DNA of 64,000 nucleotides, taken from Cyanidioschyzon merolae (Eukaryota). The translations under genes and the position numbers were made by a program. Where the stretch lies: the NCBI GenBank assembly GCA_000091205.1, contig AP006498.2; one strand, written 5' to 3'. Below, piece after piece: positions 52,470-64,000 of the stretch. Position 1 is the first letter of the stretch. Every line of letters begins with the position of its first letter. The notes below the pieces were generated by a model. That model did not search any database and was not told the DNA's origin. It saw nothing but the letters and a program-made list of their open reading frames with translations.

Positions 52470-53899
52470 GGAGCAGCGGCACTGGCTGTCACGCTGTACG
52501 AAACTCGCGGAGAAACTGTCCAGCAACCCATGTCCGACTCGAGTGGTGGTGCTGCTGTCTCTTCTGGACTTGGTGTTGTCTGGCGTGTTGTCACTGGGGC
52601 AGGCGGCTCTGCTCAAGAGCATGGTTCAAGCTATCTCGTTCCTGGTGCTGGTTCACAGGCGTCGTGGTCAGCATACCATGTCGGTAATACGTCATTGTTA
52701 TAGCAGCTGGACGACGTATGCGTCTAGCACTGAGCACCGCACAGACCGGAGTTCATCGATGACGTGCGTGAATGTGTTTGAGAGATCGTTTATCGGGGCA
52801 GACGACGAAATAGCCCCCGACACGCTGCCATACTGTGTCAGGCATTTCATCGCTCATATCCGCACACAGGTGCACGCGTCTTTGGCGACATGAACGTAGC
52901 CATACGTTCAATACCTGTTACGAACCGATGCGATCATGACCCAGTTTGGTATGCCGGGTCAGTGCGGAGGTATGTGCATTGTGTAGACACGAGACGGACA
53001 CAGGCCTTGGGAACAGTACCAGCCGACGCACCATGATGCTGGCCCTTCATTGATCGACGACGAACAAGCACAAACCATTGAGCACGGTGCGTTCCTTCGG
53101 CTCTGGAAGCTATGGGCATCTGAGGGCAAACGAGGGGCCTGCAACGAGTCTACCCTGCGCATCGTTCACCTTGAAACCTAGGCTCCGGCATCCAAGAGTC
53201 GCGCACCTACGATACGCAGGCGTTCAACGTCGCCGCATGAGCGCGTCGCGTTTGCCGCTTCATCGACCAACGTGCCGCCGACGTCATAGGATCGATGTGC
53301 CGGCAGCGGGCAGTTTCCACGCATCTATCGCGTCTACCGGGAGGCTACAAAAAAAAGCCACCCGCCAATGTTGCTGCTGCGCATGCTGCCTGCGGTTTAT
53401 TCACAGGCAACAGATCCGTTTATCCCATGCGTCTTCGAATACCTCCGAATGTGTGGGCATCACGTCCAACGCACCGACCCTACACGATAAAGCATGCCGC
53501 TGCCCAGAAGTCGTCACTCTTTGCCTGATGGAGGTTGCACGAATCCATGCAGGGATCTTAGAACACTCGACGTGCATCATCATCCAGATATGCGAACCCT
53601 AGTACGTTTCATCAGCTCAAAGCTCCACCGAGCATTACCCCAGCGTTCCCTGCAAAGGTCTCTCTTCGCTCAAAAATGAGCCCCTGCGTGCCGTGCCTGC
53701 CTCAACCGCTTACCACAGCACTGAGCACACCGGTGCAGACGCAGCACGCAGACAGAACGTCTTCACAGAACCAGTGAACGTACCAGCTCGACGACACCCG
53801 CTGCCCTATGGCGTGCCGCAGGTTCCCCGTTCGTCTCTTTTGCAGCGTTCTTGACGCCTCTGCGAGCACCCCTCGAGTTGCGCACGGCACCGGTACTGA

Positions 53900-55716
53900 T
53901 TTATCATGAAAAAATCGAACGCAACACGATCAATTGCATTCAGCACTGAGGTCTATCATGAAAAAATCGAACGCAACACGATCAATTGCATTCAGCACTG
54001 AGGTCTATCATGAAAAAATCGAACGCAACACGATCGATTGTATTCGGCACTGAGGTCGATCATGAAAAAATCGAACGCAACACGATCGATTGTATTCGGC
54101 ACTCAGGTCTATCATGGAAAAATCGAACGCAACACGATCGATTGCATTCGGCGGTGAGGTCTATCTTGAAAAAATCGAACGCAACACGATCGATTGTATT
54201 CGGCACTGAGGTCTATCATGAAAAAATCGAACGCAACACGATCGATTGTATTCGGCACTGAGGTCTATCATGAAAAAATCGAACGCAACACGATCGATTG
54301 TATTCGGCACTGAGGTCTATCATGAAAAAATCGAACGCAACACGATCGATTGTATTCGGCACTGAGGTCTATCATGGAAAAATCGAACGCAACACGATCG
54401 ATTGTATTCGGCACTGAGGTCTATCATGAAAATCGAACGCAACACGATCGATTGCATTCGGCGGTGAGGTCTATCATGGAAAAATCGAACGCAACACGAT
54501 CGATTGCATTCGGCACTGAGGTCTATCATGAAAAAATCGAACGCAACACGATCGATTGTATTCGGCACTGAGGTCTATCATGGAAAAATCGAACGCAACA
54601 CGATCGATTGCATTCGGCACTGAGGTCTATCATGGAAAAATCGAACGCAACACGATCGATTGCATTCGGCACTGAGGTCTATCATGGAAAAATCGAACGC
54701 AACACGATCGATTGCATTCGGCACTGAGGTCTATCATGGAAAAATCGAACGCAACACGATCGATTGTATTCGGCACTGAGGTCTATCATGGAAAAATCGA
54801 ACGCAACACGATCGATTGCATTCGGCACTGAGGTCTATCATGGAAAAATCGAACGCAACACGATCGATTGCATTCGGCACTGAGGTCTATCATGGAAAAA
54901 TCGAACGCAACACGATCGATTGCATTCGGCACTGAGGTCTATCATGGAAAAATCGAACGCAACACGATCGATTGCATTCGGCACTGAGGTCTATCATGGA
55001 AAAATCGAACGCAACACGATCGATTGCATTCGGCACTGAGGTCTATCATGAAAAAATCGAACGCAACACGATCGATTGCATTCGGCACTGAGGTCTATCA
55101 TGGAAAAATCGAACGCAACACGATCGATTGTATTCGGCACTGAGGTCTATCATGAAAATCGAACGCAACACGATCGATTGTATTCGGCACTGAGGTCTAT
55201 CATGAAAAAATCGAACGCAACACGATCGATTGTATTCGGCACTGAGGTCTATCATGGAAAAATCGAACGCAACACGATCGATTGTATTCGGCACTGAGGT
55301 CTATCATGGAAAAATCGAACGCAACACGATCGATTGCATTCGGCACTGAGGTCTATCATGAAAAAATCGAACGCAACACGATCGATTGCATTCGGCACTG
55401 AGGTCTATCATGGAAAAATCGAACGCAACACGATCGATTGTATTCGGCACTGAGGTCTATCATGAAAAAATCGAACGCAACAAGATCGATTGCATTCGGC
55501 GGTGAGGTCTATCATGAAAAAATCGAACGCAACACGATCGATTGTATTCGGCACTCAGGTCTATCATGGAAAAATCGAACGCAACACGATCGATTGCATT
55601 CGGCGGTGAGGTCTATCATAGAAAAATCGAACGCAACACGATCGATTGCATTCGGCACTGAGGTCTATCATGGAAAAATCGAACGCAACACGATCGATTG
55701 TATTCGGCACTGAGGC
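53900..55716. repeat. Tandem satellite of about 35 copies of a 52-53-bp unit.
   Basis: Unit tgaggtctatcatg(a/g)aaaaatcgaacgcaacacgatcgattg(t/c)attcggcac. Variants include gaaaaaatc or ggaaaaatc, tgtattc or tgcattc, ggcact or ggcggt or ggcactc, and occasional 1-bp deletions; edge units are more diverged. Each unit contains the palindrome atcgat. The track ORFs in this interval on both strands (53986-54261, 54320-54568, 54350-54571, 55046-55294, 55076-55297, 55438-55713) are frame artefacts of the repeat. Confidence 0.95.
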
Positions 55717-56007
55717 GCGATGGCGCGCGCGCAGCCAAATCCCCGCCCCGCAGTGAGTCGCTGCAGCGCTCCGTTCATCATCGGATAAGGCGGGATGCGC
55801 TTCTCCTTGGGCGGTGCCAGTAGGGAGGCCACGGACGCAGCCAGTGTACGCGGGTTGTACTTGGGTATTCGTTTGTTCGGTTGTGTGTGTGTGTTCGTGT
55901 TCAATCGACTGATCGTTCGATCATACCTGGACGGAGGTACTAGCTTGTTGTGGAGTAAGTTTTTGAGCACTGTCTGAAGAGGTGCGTGGTCCAGTCAGGT
56001 CTATGCT

Positions 56008-58002
56008 ATGCTTTTACGTCTATCGCAAGTTGACGCTGTCTGGCCGGTGGTGCGATCAGGGCGTGCGCGGGCGCTCTTGGACACGGTAGCTCAGCAGGAT
56101 GCGATAGTCGATGCGTTGCTGTGGCCACAGCAACTTTCAGAGAGCACTCTGCAACGTCGTGGAAAGCGAACTGTAGCGCCGGCGCACCCGAGCGACGGGC
56201 TGCAAGCTGGACGGCGGCAGGTTTCGTCGCAGGCTGCAATGTGTTTCCTGGTGGCGCCAAGCGTAGACGCGCTGGCTGCAACTCGTACGCTAACGCTGCT
56301 GCTCCAAGCCGAGTCTATACCCTATCACATATATCCCATCCACGATTACCGCGAACTGGAAAACTTGCAGTGCGGTGGGCGCTCGGTTTTGGGATCGATG
56401 GACGTGCAGGACACCTCGCCGTTGCGGGCAATTGTTTGTGTGAACTGCGGTGCGGGTGTCGATATTGCCGCTCTGCTTCGTCTTCCTGAGGACAGCGATC
56501 TGCCCGTTCTTGTCATCGACTCGCATCGTCCGTATCATTTGCGCAATCTGCAGAGCGCCCATGTGATCCTCCTGCATGATTCGGACGTTTTTGAGGTGCA
56601 GTTGCCGCCGAGCGGCGCAGAAGATGCCCTGGGGCAGATCCTGCCCATGGACCCGGAGGCGCACGTTGATGACGCCACATCCAGCGACTTGGACACTGAC
56701 GCAGATACGTCCCCACAGGACGCAAGGAACCGGCGACGTCGGCGCAGGGGCTTCGGATCGGGCATCCAGCGCGCTGTCCAGCGTTATTACCGACGAACGG
56801 AGCGAGCCGCGAGCGCTGCAGGTGTAGCGTACGCGCTTGCTGCGAACCTGAACCGTGCAGATCTGGACACCTTATGGTACTGGATCCTTGCTGTTACGGA
56901 GCAGTTTTTTGATCGCCAAGCGAGCGATACGGCATGTTACGAGCAAATTGTACGCTGTATCCGGGAGGAATGGAAACGCATCATTTCTCGATTATCAACC
57001 GATGATGATAACGGTGATGGACAGAAAGACGCGCTGGCACCTCTCGAGCCGTCGACTGAGTTCTCTCTGGAACTGCTTCGCCACTGGACTCTTTACGATA
57101 GTCTTATTCATTCGACGTGGCTGGCAAGTCGGGTTCAACGCTGGCGTCAGGAAGCCGAACGAAGTATCAGCGAGATTCTCGCCCTGCTAGGCATTCCGCT
57201 GCGCGAGAGCAAACAGCGATGGACGCATCTCGCTGCTGAACTCAAGGATAGGGTACGAGAGCGTCTTATTCCAGTGTTATGCACCTATTTTACTCGTCGC
57301 GAGTCTGATGCGGGGCGAGTACGCACAAACAGCCGATGTCGACGTTCGGCTATTGCGAATACTTTGTGTTATGAATCCTTCGTGCGACGTTTTGGTGCAC
57401 ATCGCGGGCAAACGGTGTCGGCCGCTGATGTTGTGCTGGCGGCAGGTGCTCTTCTCGATCGGGGCCATTTCTGGCGAGCATACGCTCTTTTGCAATGTCG
57501 ACATATCGACGACATGGTACCAGCATTTGAGCTTGCGAAGCGAAGCCAGCGCCTCTTGCTCGAAGCGGCTGTAAGCGTGCTGGAACGCCGTGCCTACACT
57601 CGCGGACGTCATGCCTGGTGCGCAATGCTGGACGGACCGCCCCTGCTCGCCGCGAAGATAGAACGCAAGCTCCATCTTCAAAGACGCCTAGCGCTCGCTT
57701 TAGGAGACTGGTTTTATGGCACAAAACGCCATCCGAAACCGCTCTGGCTGATTGTAGACAGTCCACAGAGTGAGCACGCAACGGTCACACTGGTAACACC
57801 TCAGCGCTCTGCAAGCGAGGACGCGGTGAGCGCCACTTGTGCTGAATGCGATCTGCGTGCCTACGCACAGACTTCAGCGACAGCAGCTACTTTACTGGCG
57901 CCTGCGTTTCATGGTTGCGAACCTGTCCAGGCTTCGCTCGGGTCAGGCTCGGTGCCGGACCTGAAGGACCTCCTCACACGCGGGCTCTCCGCACGGCGAT
58001 GA
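56008..58002 (+). CDS. CDC45: CDC45 (CMG helicase component of the replisome).
   Basis: ATG start. N-terminal region FLVAPSVDALAATRTLTLLLQAESIPYHIYPIHDYRELENLQ...VNCGAGVDIAALL...LVIDSHRPYHLRNL (compare human [40 protein letters not shown]...INCGANVDLLDIL...FVCDTHRP), then an acidic loop, RADLDTLWYWILAVTEQFFD, FSLELLRHWTLYDSLIHSTWLASRVQRWRQEAERSISEILALLGIPLRESKQRW, and a C-terminal TVTLVTPQ. Confidence 0.8.
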   Translation: MLLRLSQVDAVWPVVRSGRARALLDTVAQQDAIVDALLWPQQLSESTLQRRGKRTVAPAHPSDGLQAGRRQVSSQAAMCFLVAPSVDALAATRTLTLLLQAESIPYHIYPIHDYRELENLQCGGRSVLGSMDVQDTSPLRAIVCVNCGAGVDIAALLRLPEDSDLPVLVIDSHRPYHLRNLQSAHVILLHDSDVFEVQLPPSGAEDALGQILPMDPEAHVDDATSSDLDTDADTSPQDARNRRRRRRGFGSGIQRAVQRYYRRTERAASAAGVAYALAANLNRADLDTLWYWILAVTEQFFDRQASDTACYEQIVRCIREEWKRIISRLSTDDDNGDGQKDALAPLEPSTEFSLELLRHWTLYDSLIHSTWLASRVQRWRQEAERSISEILALLGIPLRESKQRWTHLAAELKDRVRERLIPVLCTYFTRRESDAGRVRTNSRCRRSAIANTLCYESFVRRFGAHRGQTVSAADVVLAAGALLDRGHFWRAYALLQCRHIDDMVPAFELAKRSQRLLLEAAVSVLERRAYTRGRHAWCAMLDGPPLLAAKIERKLHLQRRLALALGDWFYGTKRHPKPLWLIVDSPQSEHATVTLVTPQRSASEDAVSATCAECDLRAYAQTSATAATLLAPAFHGCEPVQASLGSGSVPDLKDLLTRGLSARR

Positions 58003-60012
58003 GCGAGTGTCGCTTATCTCGCTAACTGCATCCGATGAAGACGGCACACTGCCCCGCGCGCTATGTTCATGTTAAGCAAATTTTTCCGAAAGTTTCCCAG
58101 GTGTGCAAGCTTGATAATTTGTATGAAGCAATGAGTACGTTTCCAGTCGTACATCGATTTAGGATTGTGCATCGGTGTTGTGGAGTGCTTTTTCAGAATA
58201 TTTTGCGGGCGGCATTCGTTCGTCATGAGAATGAAGATGATTCGTGACGCCCACCGCCTACGATTCCTGGAGTAACCGATAGGGCCGTCCAACGCACAGG
58301 TACAAGCCTCCACTCTTCTGCTTTCCCAAAGAGCAGTATACCCAGGTCACGCATGCTTCACGTTTTCGATACGTCTCTGTGGAGCGATACTTCATGGGTG
58401 AAGCAAGTTGCGCCGCTGCATGAGCAGCTCGAAGAAAGTCTTGTTCATCGTCATCCGTTGACGACTTGGTCACCCGCTCATGCCGAACGTTCACTGAACA
58501 TCGCACCTCAAGCAATCGACTCGGATCGAAACGCAAATCCTTTTCTCTTTGCGAGCATCGGTGAGCCTGCATGCCACTGCAGCATGATGCCAGCTCGAGT
58601 GCTATACTCGCAGCGGCTCCCGTGTATCGTGTTTGCGTGGAACATCGTTTTAGAGTTTATTCACCGCAGCGATCACTTGACATGGGGATTGCGTCAGCGC
58701 TCTATACGAAGCGAGCGTAGGCAGATTGAACGTTCTCGATTTCATCTGCAGCCTGGAATTTTCTTCCGATTCTTGCTCTACCTTGGAAAAGATTGCGTTC
58801 CGCTGATCCCCTTCTCTTCCGGATAATATCATCGAACACAGGGTGGTTCATCCTCTGTTCTCCAGCTTATCTTCCGTGATTCAATACCATGGAGAACGTT
58901 TGCGGTACCGTGGACAACAAATTTAGCGAAGCAAATGCACGTTTCGATGCACCGGAACCTGCTCGATGCTTAGTGGTGCTCGACGCTTTGGGCACCGCGA
59001 CTGCGTCCACCGGGGCTCTTCGGAGCTTGTTCTACGAAATTCGTTGAGGTTTGCGGATCTCATATTTCCATCGAGTCATGAAACAAAGAGATGAACGAGC
59101 CACAAAGAATGAGTATGGATAGCTTGCTCATCTATGGCGGCACATAGCCCATGCACACCTGGCATGCTACGGATCCTACAGTTTACCCGCAACGCAGATG
59201 CCCTAAAGCGTTTCGAAAAGAGGTGCGCAGCTTTCGCTGAGAACGTCGCCATTGTCAGACGGAACGCCTGGCTGCGAGAAGCCCATCGCTTTTCTCTGAC
59301 GCTACGATAGTGAAGCGATCGCCTATGAGATACGAACGCTTGCGAGAACATAGACCTCGTGTAGACACATATGCACTTGTTCGAAGGATGCCCCAGCAAC
59401 GCGCTTGCCGCTATCCATGTTCGCGTACCCTGCTCCAAGCATAGATCGTTGCAGGAGCCAACGCGTCGCCACACCGTGTACCACGGAGGTCGTCTCAGGG
59501 ATCCTGATGCACAACGACCGTTACCAGCGTCGTTGTAGAGAAAGCGCAGCTCAGGCGCCGATGCACCACACTGCTGGTAGAGGTTTCCTCTGGAACGTAT
59601 GAACCCAACCCATGGACCAAGAACTGTGATCGTTCGCATATACCATCAGGCGGTCTTGTTCGCGTTTCGGCAGCTAGTGGAGGTGCACCCGTCTTGGGCA
59701 CGAAGTGTCGTCATTGTACACGAGGCCGCGCATGGCAAGTACGCCTGCAGAAGCTCCGCGTGAGCCATAGGGCATGCTGTCCCGCGTTTTTTACTCTGTC
59801 TGCTGGCACCATGCTGGGCTGCCTCGGCAGACACAGTCCGCGGATACAGATCTGGAGAATTCGCACTTGCAGATGAGTCTGTTCTGAGCGCCGGCACAGC
59901 GCGTTCTAGTTTACGATTCCCGTAGAAAGGAGGCGGTTGTGGGTGTCCCAACGAGCTGTCCGCCAGAGCGCCAGCGATCCGCAGTATTCGTTCATAGGCT
60001 TCCTGGACCTGC

Positions 60013-60034
60013 AGCACACACACACACACACACA
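60013..60034. repeat. (CA)n microsatellite.
   Basis: cacacacacacacacacacacg. Confidence 0.8.
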
Positions 60035-60548
60035 CGTGTCTCGTCGCTGGGATCGATATGCGCTTTGCACGAGCACCTGCGCAAATCACCTGGCGCGCTA
60101 CAAGTTCGCCAATGCGTTGCGGTTGCCTGCTCTGTCACAAGGCGGGATGCCATACATGGACGCACCTAGTGCATGCACGTCGTTCATGGTTCCTGGGTCA
60201 GCGTATTCGACCAGTACCCGTGCAGAAACCTGGAATCCGAGCAGATGTCGCATCTCAGGCAAGCTCCTGCAAAAGAGCATGCCATCAGTACCTCTGGATA
60301 CGTACGGATCACGATCTGTCTCTTGACAATCGCAGTCGACACGTCTGAATATGCAGAGCTGCGCTTTCGGGCATTGCGAGGCAGTCTCTCGCCAGTTGAC
60401 ATCATGCCAATACTGCCTCCTGCGACATGTGAAACGCGGGTGTCCGCCTCGACCTCGTCGCGAGTGCTGAACTAAATCGTTCCTACTTCATCGGGAGTCT
60501 CTTGACTCCACTGTATGTCGGCTACTGGCCTCGGATGCGTCCAGTGCT

Positions 60549-61916
60549 CTAGAGATCCAATTTGGTGCCCCGTCGGATGACACCCCAGCCGATCAGCCGC
60601 CAGTGCCGCTCAATACGCCGACTCAGAGCGATTTTCTCGCCTTCCTCCGTACAAACCGGAGACGTCAAACGCAGTTTTGCGAGATCGCGCTTTGTAGCCA
60701 GCACCCGACCACCAGTAGATGTTGAGCCAATGTTCACCATGAGGATCTCGTCTTTGGTTAGCTTGCTTACGCGTGCTCCATCAGCGCCCTCGGTTTTAAC
60801 GCCCAACAACCGTCTGAGCAGGAAAAAGTTAATCTCAATTTCCGTGAAAACCGGGGGTAACGTGCCGACTGCACCAAGCACTTGGCCAACAAGGCGATCA
60901 CCTCGGGTAAGCGTCGGGTCAATCTTGGTACCCACTCCTATGAGTCCGCCCGGAACCGCGTATTGCAACTCGTTGCGCTCGGCGTGCATCGAAACAATTT
61001 TCGAGATAATCGGCTGGCACTTGAAGTTTCCTTCTGCGTCCTTGATGGTGATCCCCGGTCGAATCTCGATAAGATCTCCGACTCGCAGCACGCCTTGCAT
61101 GATCGAGCCGCCGGCAACACCACCGCGTAGATTCTCTACGTCTTCGCCCGGTTTGTTCACGTCAAAACTCCGAATAATAATCATCCGCGGAGGCGATACA
61201 AAATCCCGCCGTGGAACGGGCACATGTTTAATGAGGTATTCGACGACGACATCGACGTTGTATCGCAACTGGGCGGAGATCGGCACGATTGGAGCCTGCT
61301 CAGCAACAGTTCCCCGGATGAAGTTCTTGATCTGCTCATATTGTGTGCGTGCTGCAGATTCGTCCACTAAGTCGATTTTATTTTGGCAGACGATGATACT
61401 TCGGAGCTGCATGACCTCCACGGCGGCGAGATGCTCGGAGGTCTGCGGCTGCGGACAGCTCTCGTTCCCAGCGATGATCAGCAGCGCCGCATCCATAACT
61501 GCAGCTCCGTTCAGCATCGTGGCCATGAGAATATCATGGCCTGGACAGTCGACAAAACTCACGTGACGCTCCAACCGTAGTCGCTGTCCGCAGCCCGGTA
61601 CCTCGCACGGTAACGAGTCCGGTGCGTCCGATGGGAACGCTCGATAGCAGTAAGGTCGCGGACACTCGGGCCGCTCGCAGCGGTAAAGCTTCGCATTAGC
61701 ATACCCAAGCTTTATAGTGATGTTGCGCTCAAGTTCATTGCGGAAACGAACTGTCTGCACACCGGAAATGGAGCGCACGAGTGTCGACTTGCCGTGTGCG
61801 ACGTGCCCGATCGTTCCGATGTTTACCGTGGCTTGCCGGGAAATCACCTCCGGGGTCAGCGGTGTAAGCTCCTCGACCTTTAGCTTAGAAAGATCTTGGA
61901 CAGCTAAACCTGACAT
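60549..61916 (-). CDS. Translation initiation factor eIF2 gamma subunit.
   Basis: ATG start. [49 protein letters not shown] (eIF2-gamma G1 and switch regions), the zinc-ribbon cysteines CPRPYCYRA...[53 protein letters not shown], and [10 protein letters not shown]. The antisense ORF 60562-61566 is spurious. Confidence 0.9.
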   Translation of the reverse strand: MSGLAVQDLSKLKVEELTPLTPEVISRQATVNIGTIGHVAHGKSTLVRSISGVQTVRFRNELERNITIKLGYANAKLYRCERPECPRPYCYRAFPSDAPDSLPCEVPGCGQRLRLERHVSFVDCPGHDILMATMLNGAAVMDAALLIIAGNESCPQPQTSEHLAAVEVMQLRSIIVCQNKIDLVDESAARTQYEQIKNFIRGTVAEQAPIVPISAQLRYNVDVVVEYLIKHVPVPRRDFVSPPRMIIIRSFDVNKPGEDVENLRGGVAGGSIMQGVLRVGDLIEIRPGITIKDAEGNFKCQPIISKIVSMHAERNELQYAVPGGLIGVGTKIDPTLTRGDRLVGQVLGAVGTLPPVFTEIEINFFLLRRLLGVKTEGADGARVSKLTKDEILMVNIGSTSTGGRVLATKRDLAKLRLTSPVCTEEGEKIALSRRIERHWRLIGWGVIRRGTKLDL

Positions 61917-61992
61917 GCCCGGAATCCAAAGTGATCAACTGCAAACCCAAGGAAACTGTTGACCAGAGGAAGCTGCTGTACGAGGATTCCGG

Positions 61993-62044
61993 GTACTGTG
62001 GAGAGACCGTGAGCGGCGGCGGCGGCCGCGGCGGCGGCGGCGGC
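61993..62044. repeat. (GGC)n / (GCG)n trinucleotide tract in the 5' flank of the eIF2-gamma gene.
   Basis: gagcggcggcggcggccgcggcggcggcggcggcag lies about 80 bp upstream of the start codon at 61916, on the other strand. Confidence 0.8.
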
Positions 62045-62399
62045 AGACGTTTCAACGCAGGCACTTGTCCTCTCTTGCTACAGGCTTGCAAGAAAGCGAC
62101 AATATGCTGAACTGGTCGATGAGTTCGTGCTTTGTAATCCTTTTCCGAGAGCTTAGTGGATATACAGCCTCTGCATACAAAGTATATACATAAAGGTTAC
62201 TTGTATATCTACTGTTGTAGGTTTCTCGATTGTCGTCTCGGAGTTGCCCTATCGAAGGTTGGCGTTTGGAACTTGTTTCATCACCGGAAACCAGATAATT
62301 CGCGACGCACGCAAACAAGTGTTTCTAATGTAACCGATATCACTATCCAATGTATATATTCATGCCTCCATGCTTCTCGTTTGACAACGTGTACCGTAT

Positions 62400-63400
62400 T
62401 GCAACCGTGCATTGCTCCAAGACTTCGATCGCTCGCATGAAGTCAACTTGTGGACGGAGCGACTCGCACCGAAGCGTAGACGACTAGAGGTCTCGATATC
62501 GTCCGTATCGTCTTGTGCATACGCTCATGTCGAAAATTCAGTGAATCACTCCCGTTGAGTGATAGTCGATTCCGTTCGAACAATGAGCGCTCTGCGCGTT
62601 ATGGCGACAGACAGAACGGGCGTCGATGACAGCTGCAGCAGCATGATATCTGTCATGGGATATGCTGCCAGAGGCTCCCGTCTCTTCTATTTACATCGCA
62701 ATAGGACCTTGAACTCGGGTGTCAGGCATCACAGCGATCGCTCCCATTTGAGCATGCGTCATCGCCTTGCATGACGGTATTGCTGGCGAAAAAGGAATCA
62801 CTGGGACCCCGGCATCGTCTGAGTATCCGGATCCAGCGACGCGTGACGGATTCGATGACGTGGAGACGATTAAGCGACGACTCGGTTGCCAGTCTGCACG
62901 GGATGAAGGAGTTTTTCATGAATGGAGCTTCGGCAAGGCCCAGCGGCTCGAATGATAGCGAGCGCTTGATGAGCCTCCATCGTAGATTCTTCGAAAGCGT
63001 ACACGCTGCGTAGAAAATCGACCAGCTGCTTACGAGCAACACGTCTGCGAAAGCGATGGTGCCGAGTTGTCTGGAGCGGTGCTCCGGAGCCCCTGGCGCG
63101 TCGAGACATTCGACTTTTCCGAACGCATCTTTCCCTCGAACTTATCAGCGTCTCGATTCGCGCCTATTTCGTTTCGTTGGGGACGGGCGCCCGCACGACA
63201 GCGCGAGTCCGATACGACCGATGGAGAGCAAATGCGTCGAAGAAGCAGACGAGGAACTAATCGAAGACATCGAGTGTATGAAGCGAACGAAGCACTTTTC
63301 GCTCTGACATTCGATGCCACTTATGGATCACTGGGGGAACAAAGCCCCACGGAATGCAATGCAAACTGCGTATTAGAAGTGAAAATTAAGCCATAGGAGT
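62400..63400 (+). mobile_element. Family-Y TnpB/Fanzor-like element, copy E (internally shortened and decayed). Boundaries are approximate.
   Basis: ggtctcgatatcgtccgtatcgtcttgtgcatacgctcatg, cgattccgttcgaacaatgagcgc, gggatatgctgccagaggctcccgtctcttctatttacatcg, ccttgaactcgggtg, cagcgatcgctcccatttgagcatgcgtcatcgc and gtgacggattcgatgacgtggagacg are homologous to copies A-D. The downstream ORFs (62767-62955, 63067-63396) carry degenerate counterparts of copy D's TnpB 3' region. Confidence 0.4.
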
Positions 63401-64000
63401 TTCGTATGAAGGCGAGTAGACCAAGTGACTTCCTTCAAGATCGATGGCGTTGGCGTATCCATCGTCATCAACAGTGATTGACGTAAACGCAAAACGAGCT
63501 CTTCAGGGCTCAAACATACAGCGGCTCAAAAAAGGAAATACAAGGAAGCGCAACGAGTAATACAGATTTGCGACCTCATGAGCTTGCCCTCCAATTTCAT
63601 CAGTATCGTCATGGACGCGGGAGAGCGACCCTCTACACATGCGCTCTCATTAGACTCGAAGCGGAGAACGACGCTCCCCTCAATGATAATCGACGACGAC
63701 GCTTTGGAGGCACGAGTTTCGAACTCTCCGACTTGTATCTGAATTCGCAAGCTGTGCGAGTGCGCTTGTCATCTTCGTGTCAGCGGACGCGAACAAATGG
63801 AAAACTAGTATGATGGGCGATCGCATCATATCTGAGACTTTCATGCCTTTGTTTCATTTTCACAAACGAGAGGAACTCGCCGGTATCATGCCCACGAGTC
63901 GTTTAGGCGCCCCGATAGCCGTTACGCGCATCGCAACGTGTTGTGAGAAAAAACGCGGAAAAACGAAGAACGTACAAGGAAGCGGGTCGTGAGTTATCGA

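Noticed and set aside
53986-55713. Six track ORFs of 73-91 aa on both strands inside the satellite, with peptides such as MHSALRSIMKKSNATRSIVFGTEV....
   Set aside because: They are periodic translations of a 52-bp tandem unit (156-bp super-period) that happens to lack stops in some frames. They are not genes.
55717-55760. Possible E2F-like site (ggcgcgcgcg) in front of CDC45.
   Set aside because: The sequence gatggcgcgcgcgcagcc lacks the TTT(C/G)(C/G)CGC core context. It is a GC-rich run at the edge of the satellite and insufficient to call a regulatory site.
60562-61566. 334-codon plus-strand ORF.
   Set aside because: It lies entirely antisense to the eIF2-gamma gene, its track start is not followed by any conserved motif, and it is serine/proline-rich from GC-rich third positions of the real gene. 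It is spurious.

Overview
This 64-kb window looks like nuclear DNA from an intron-poor eukaryote with roughly 55-58% GC that carries a plastid. The coding strands hold long uninterrupted ORFs, the intergenic spacers are 0.5-4 kb, and C2H2 zinc fingers, CDC45, eIF2-gamma and proteasome Rpt5 are all present.

Several genes point to plastid function. They include a Toc34/Toc159-family TOC GTPase, glutamate-1-semialdehyde aminomutase with an N-terminal extension, a CtpA S41 protease, a CnfU-type NFU scaffold, a PDS/ZDS-like desaturase and a GH13 pullulanase. A TOC GTPase argues for an Archaeplastida host, perhaps a unicellular red alga, though the lineage call is low confidence.

Other recognisable genes are a partial ZIP7/KE4-like metal transporter at the left edge, a DUF155/Rmd1-like protein, a Myb/SANT protein, a WD40 protein, a KDPG-aldolase-like Eda, PTRHD1 and a HYPK-like UBA protein.

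The accessory content is the unusual part. I count seven decayed TnpB/Fanzor-like (OrfB_IS605, RuvC plus zinc ribbon) transposon remnants in two families:
- Family X has two copies on the minus strand, one retaining a canonical RDLNAAINI RuvC-III motif.
- Family Y has five copies, all on the plus strand. Copy D still encodes an intact zinc-ribbon plus RDLDAAINIL C-terminus running straight into its stop codon.
- One X copy sits directly against a truncated Y copy, so they are nested or adjacent insertions.

Further features:
- a 1.8-kb tandem satellite of about 35 copies of a 52-bp unit immediately upstream of CDC45;
- a 111-nt tRNA-like gene with a perfect acceptor stem, canonical T-arm and oligo-T terminator, but about 35 extra internal nucleotides, lying about 40 bp upstream of the desaturase start codon;
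- a lineage-specific roughly 70-aa acidic low-complexity insert in Rpt5, plus a 75-bp duplicate of its last coding bases just after the stop;
- several trinucleotide and dinucleotide microsatellites.

The supplied ORF track uses GTG/TTG/CTG as starts, so I re-derived several gene starts to the first ATG. Coordinates are approximate to a few bases where noted.
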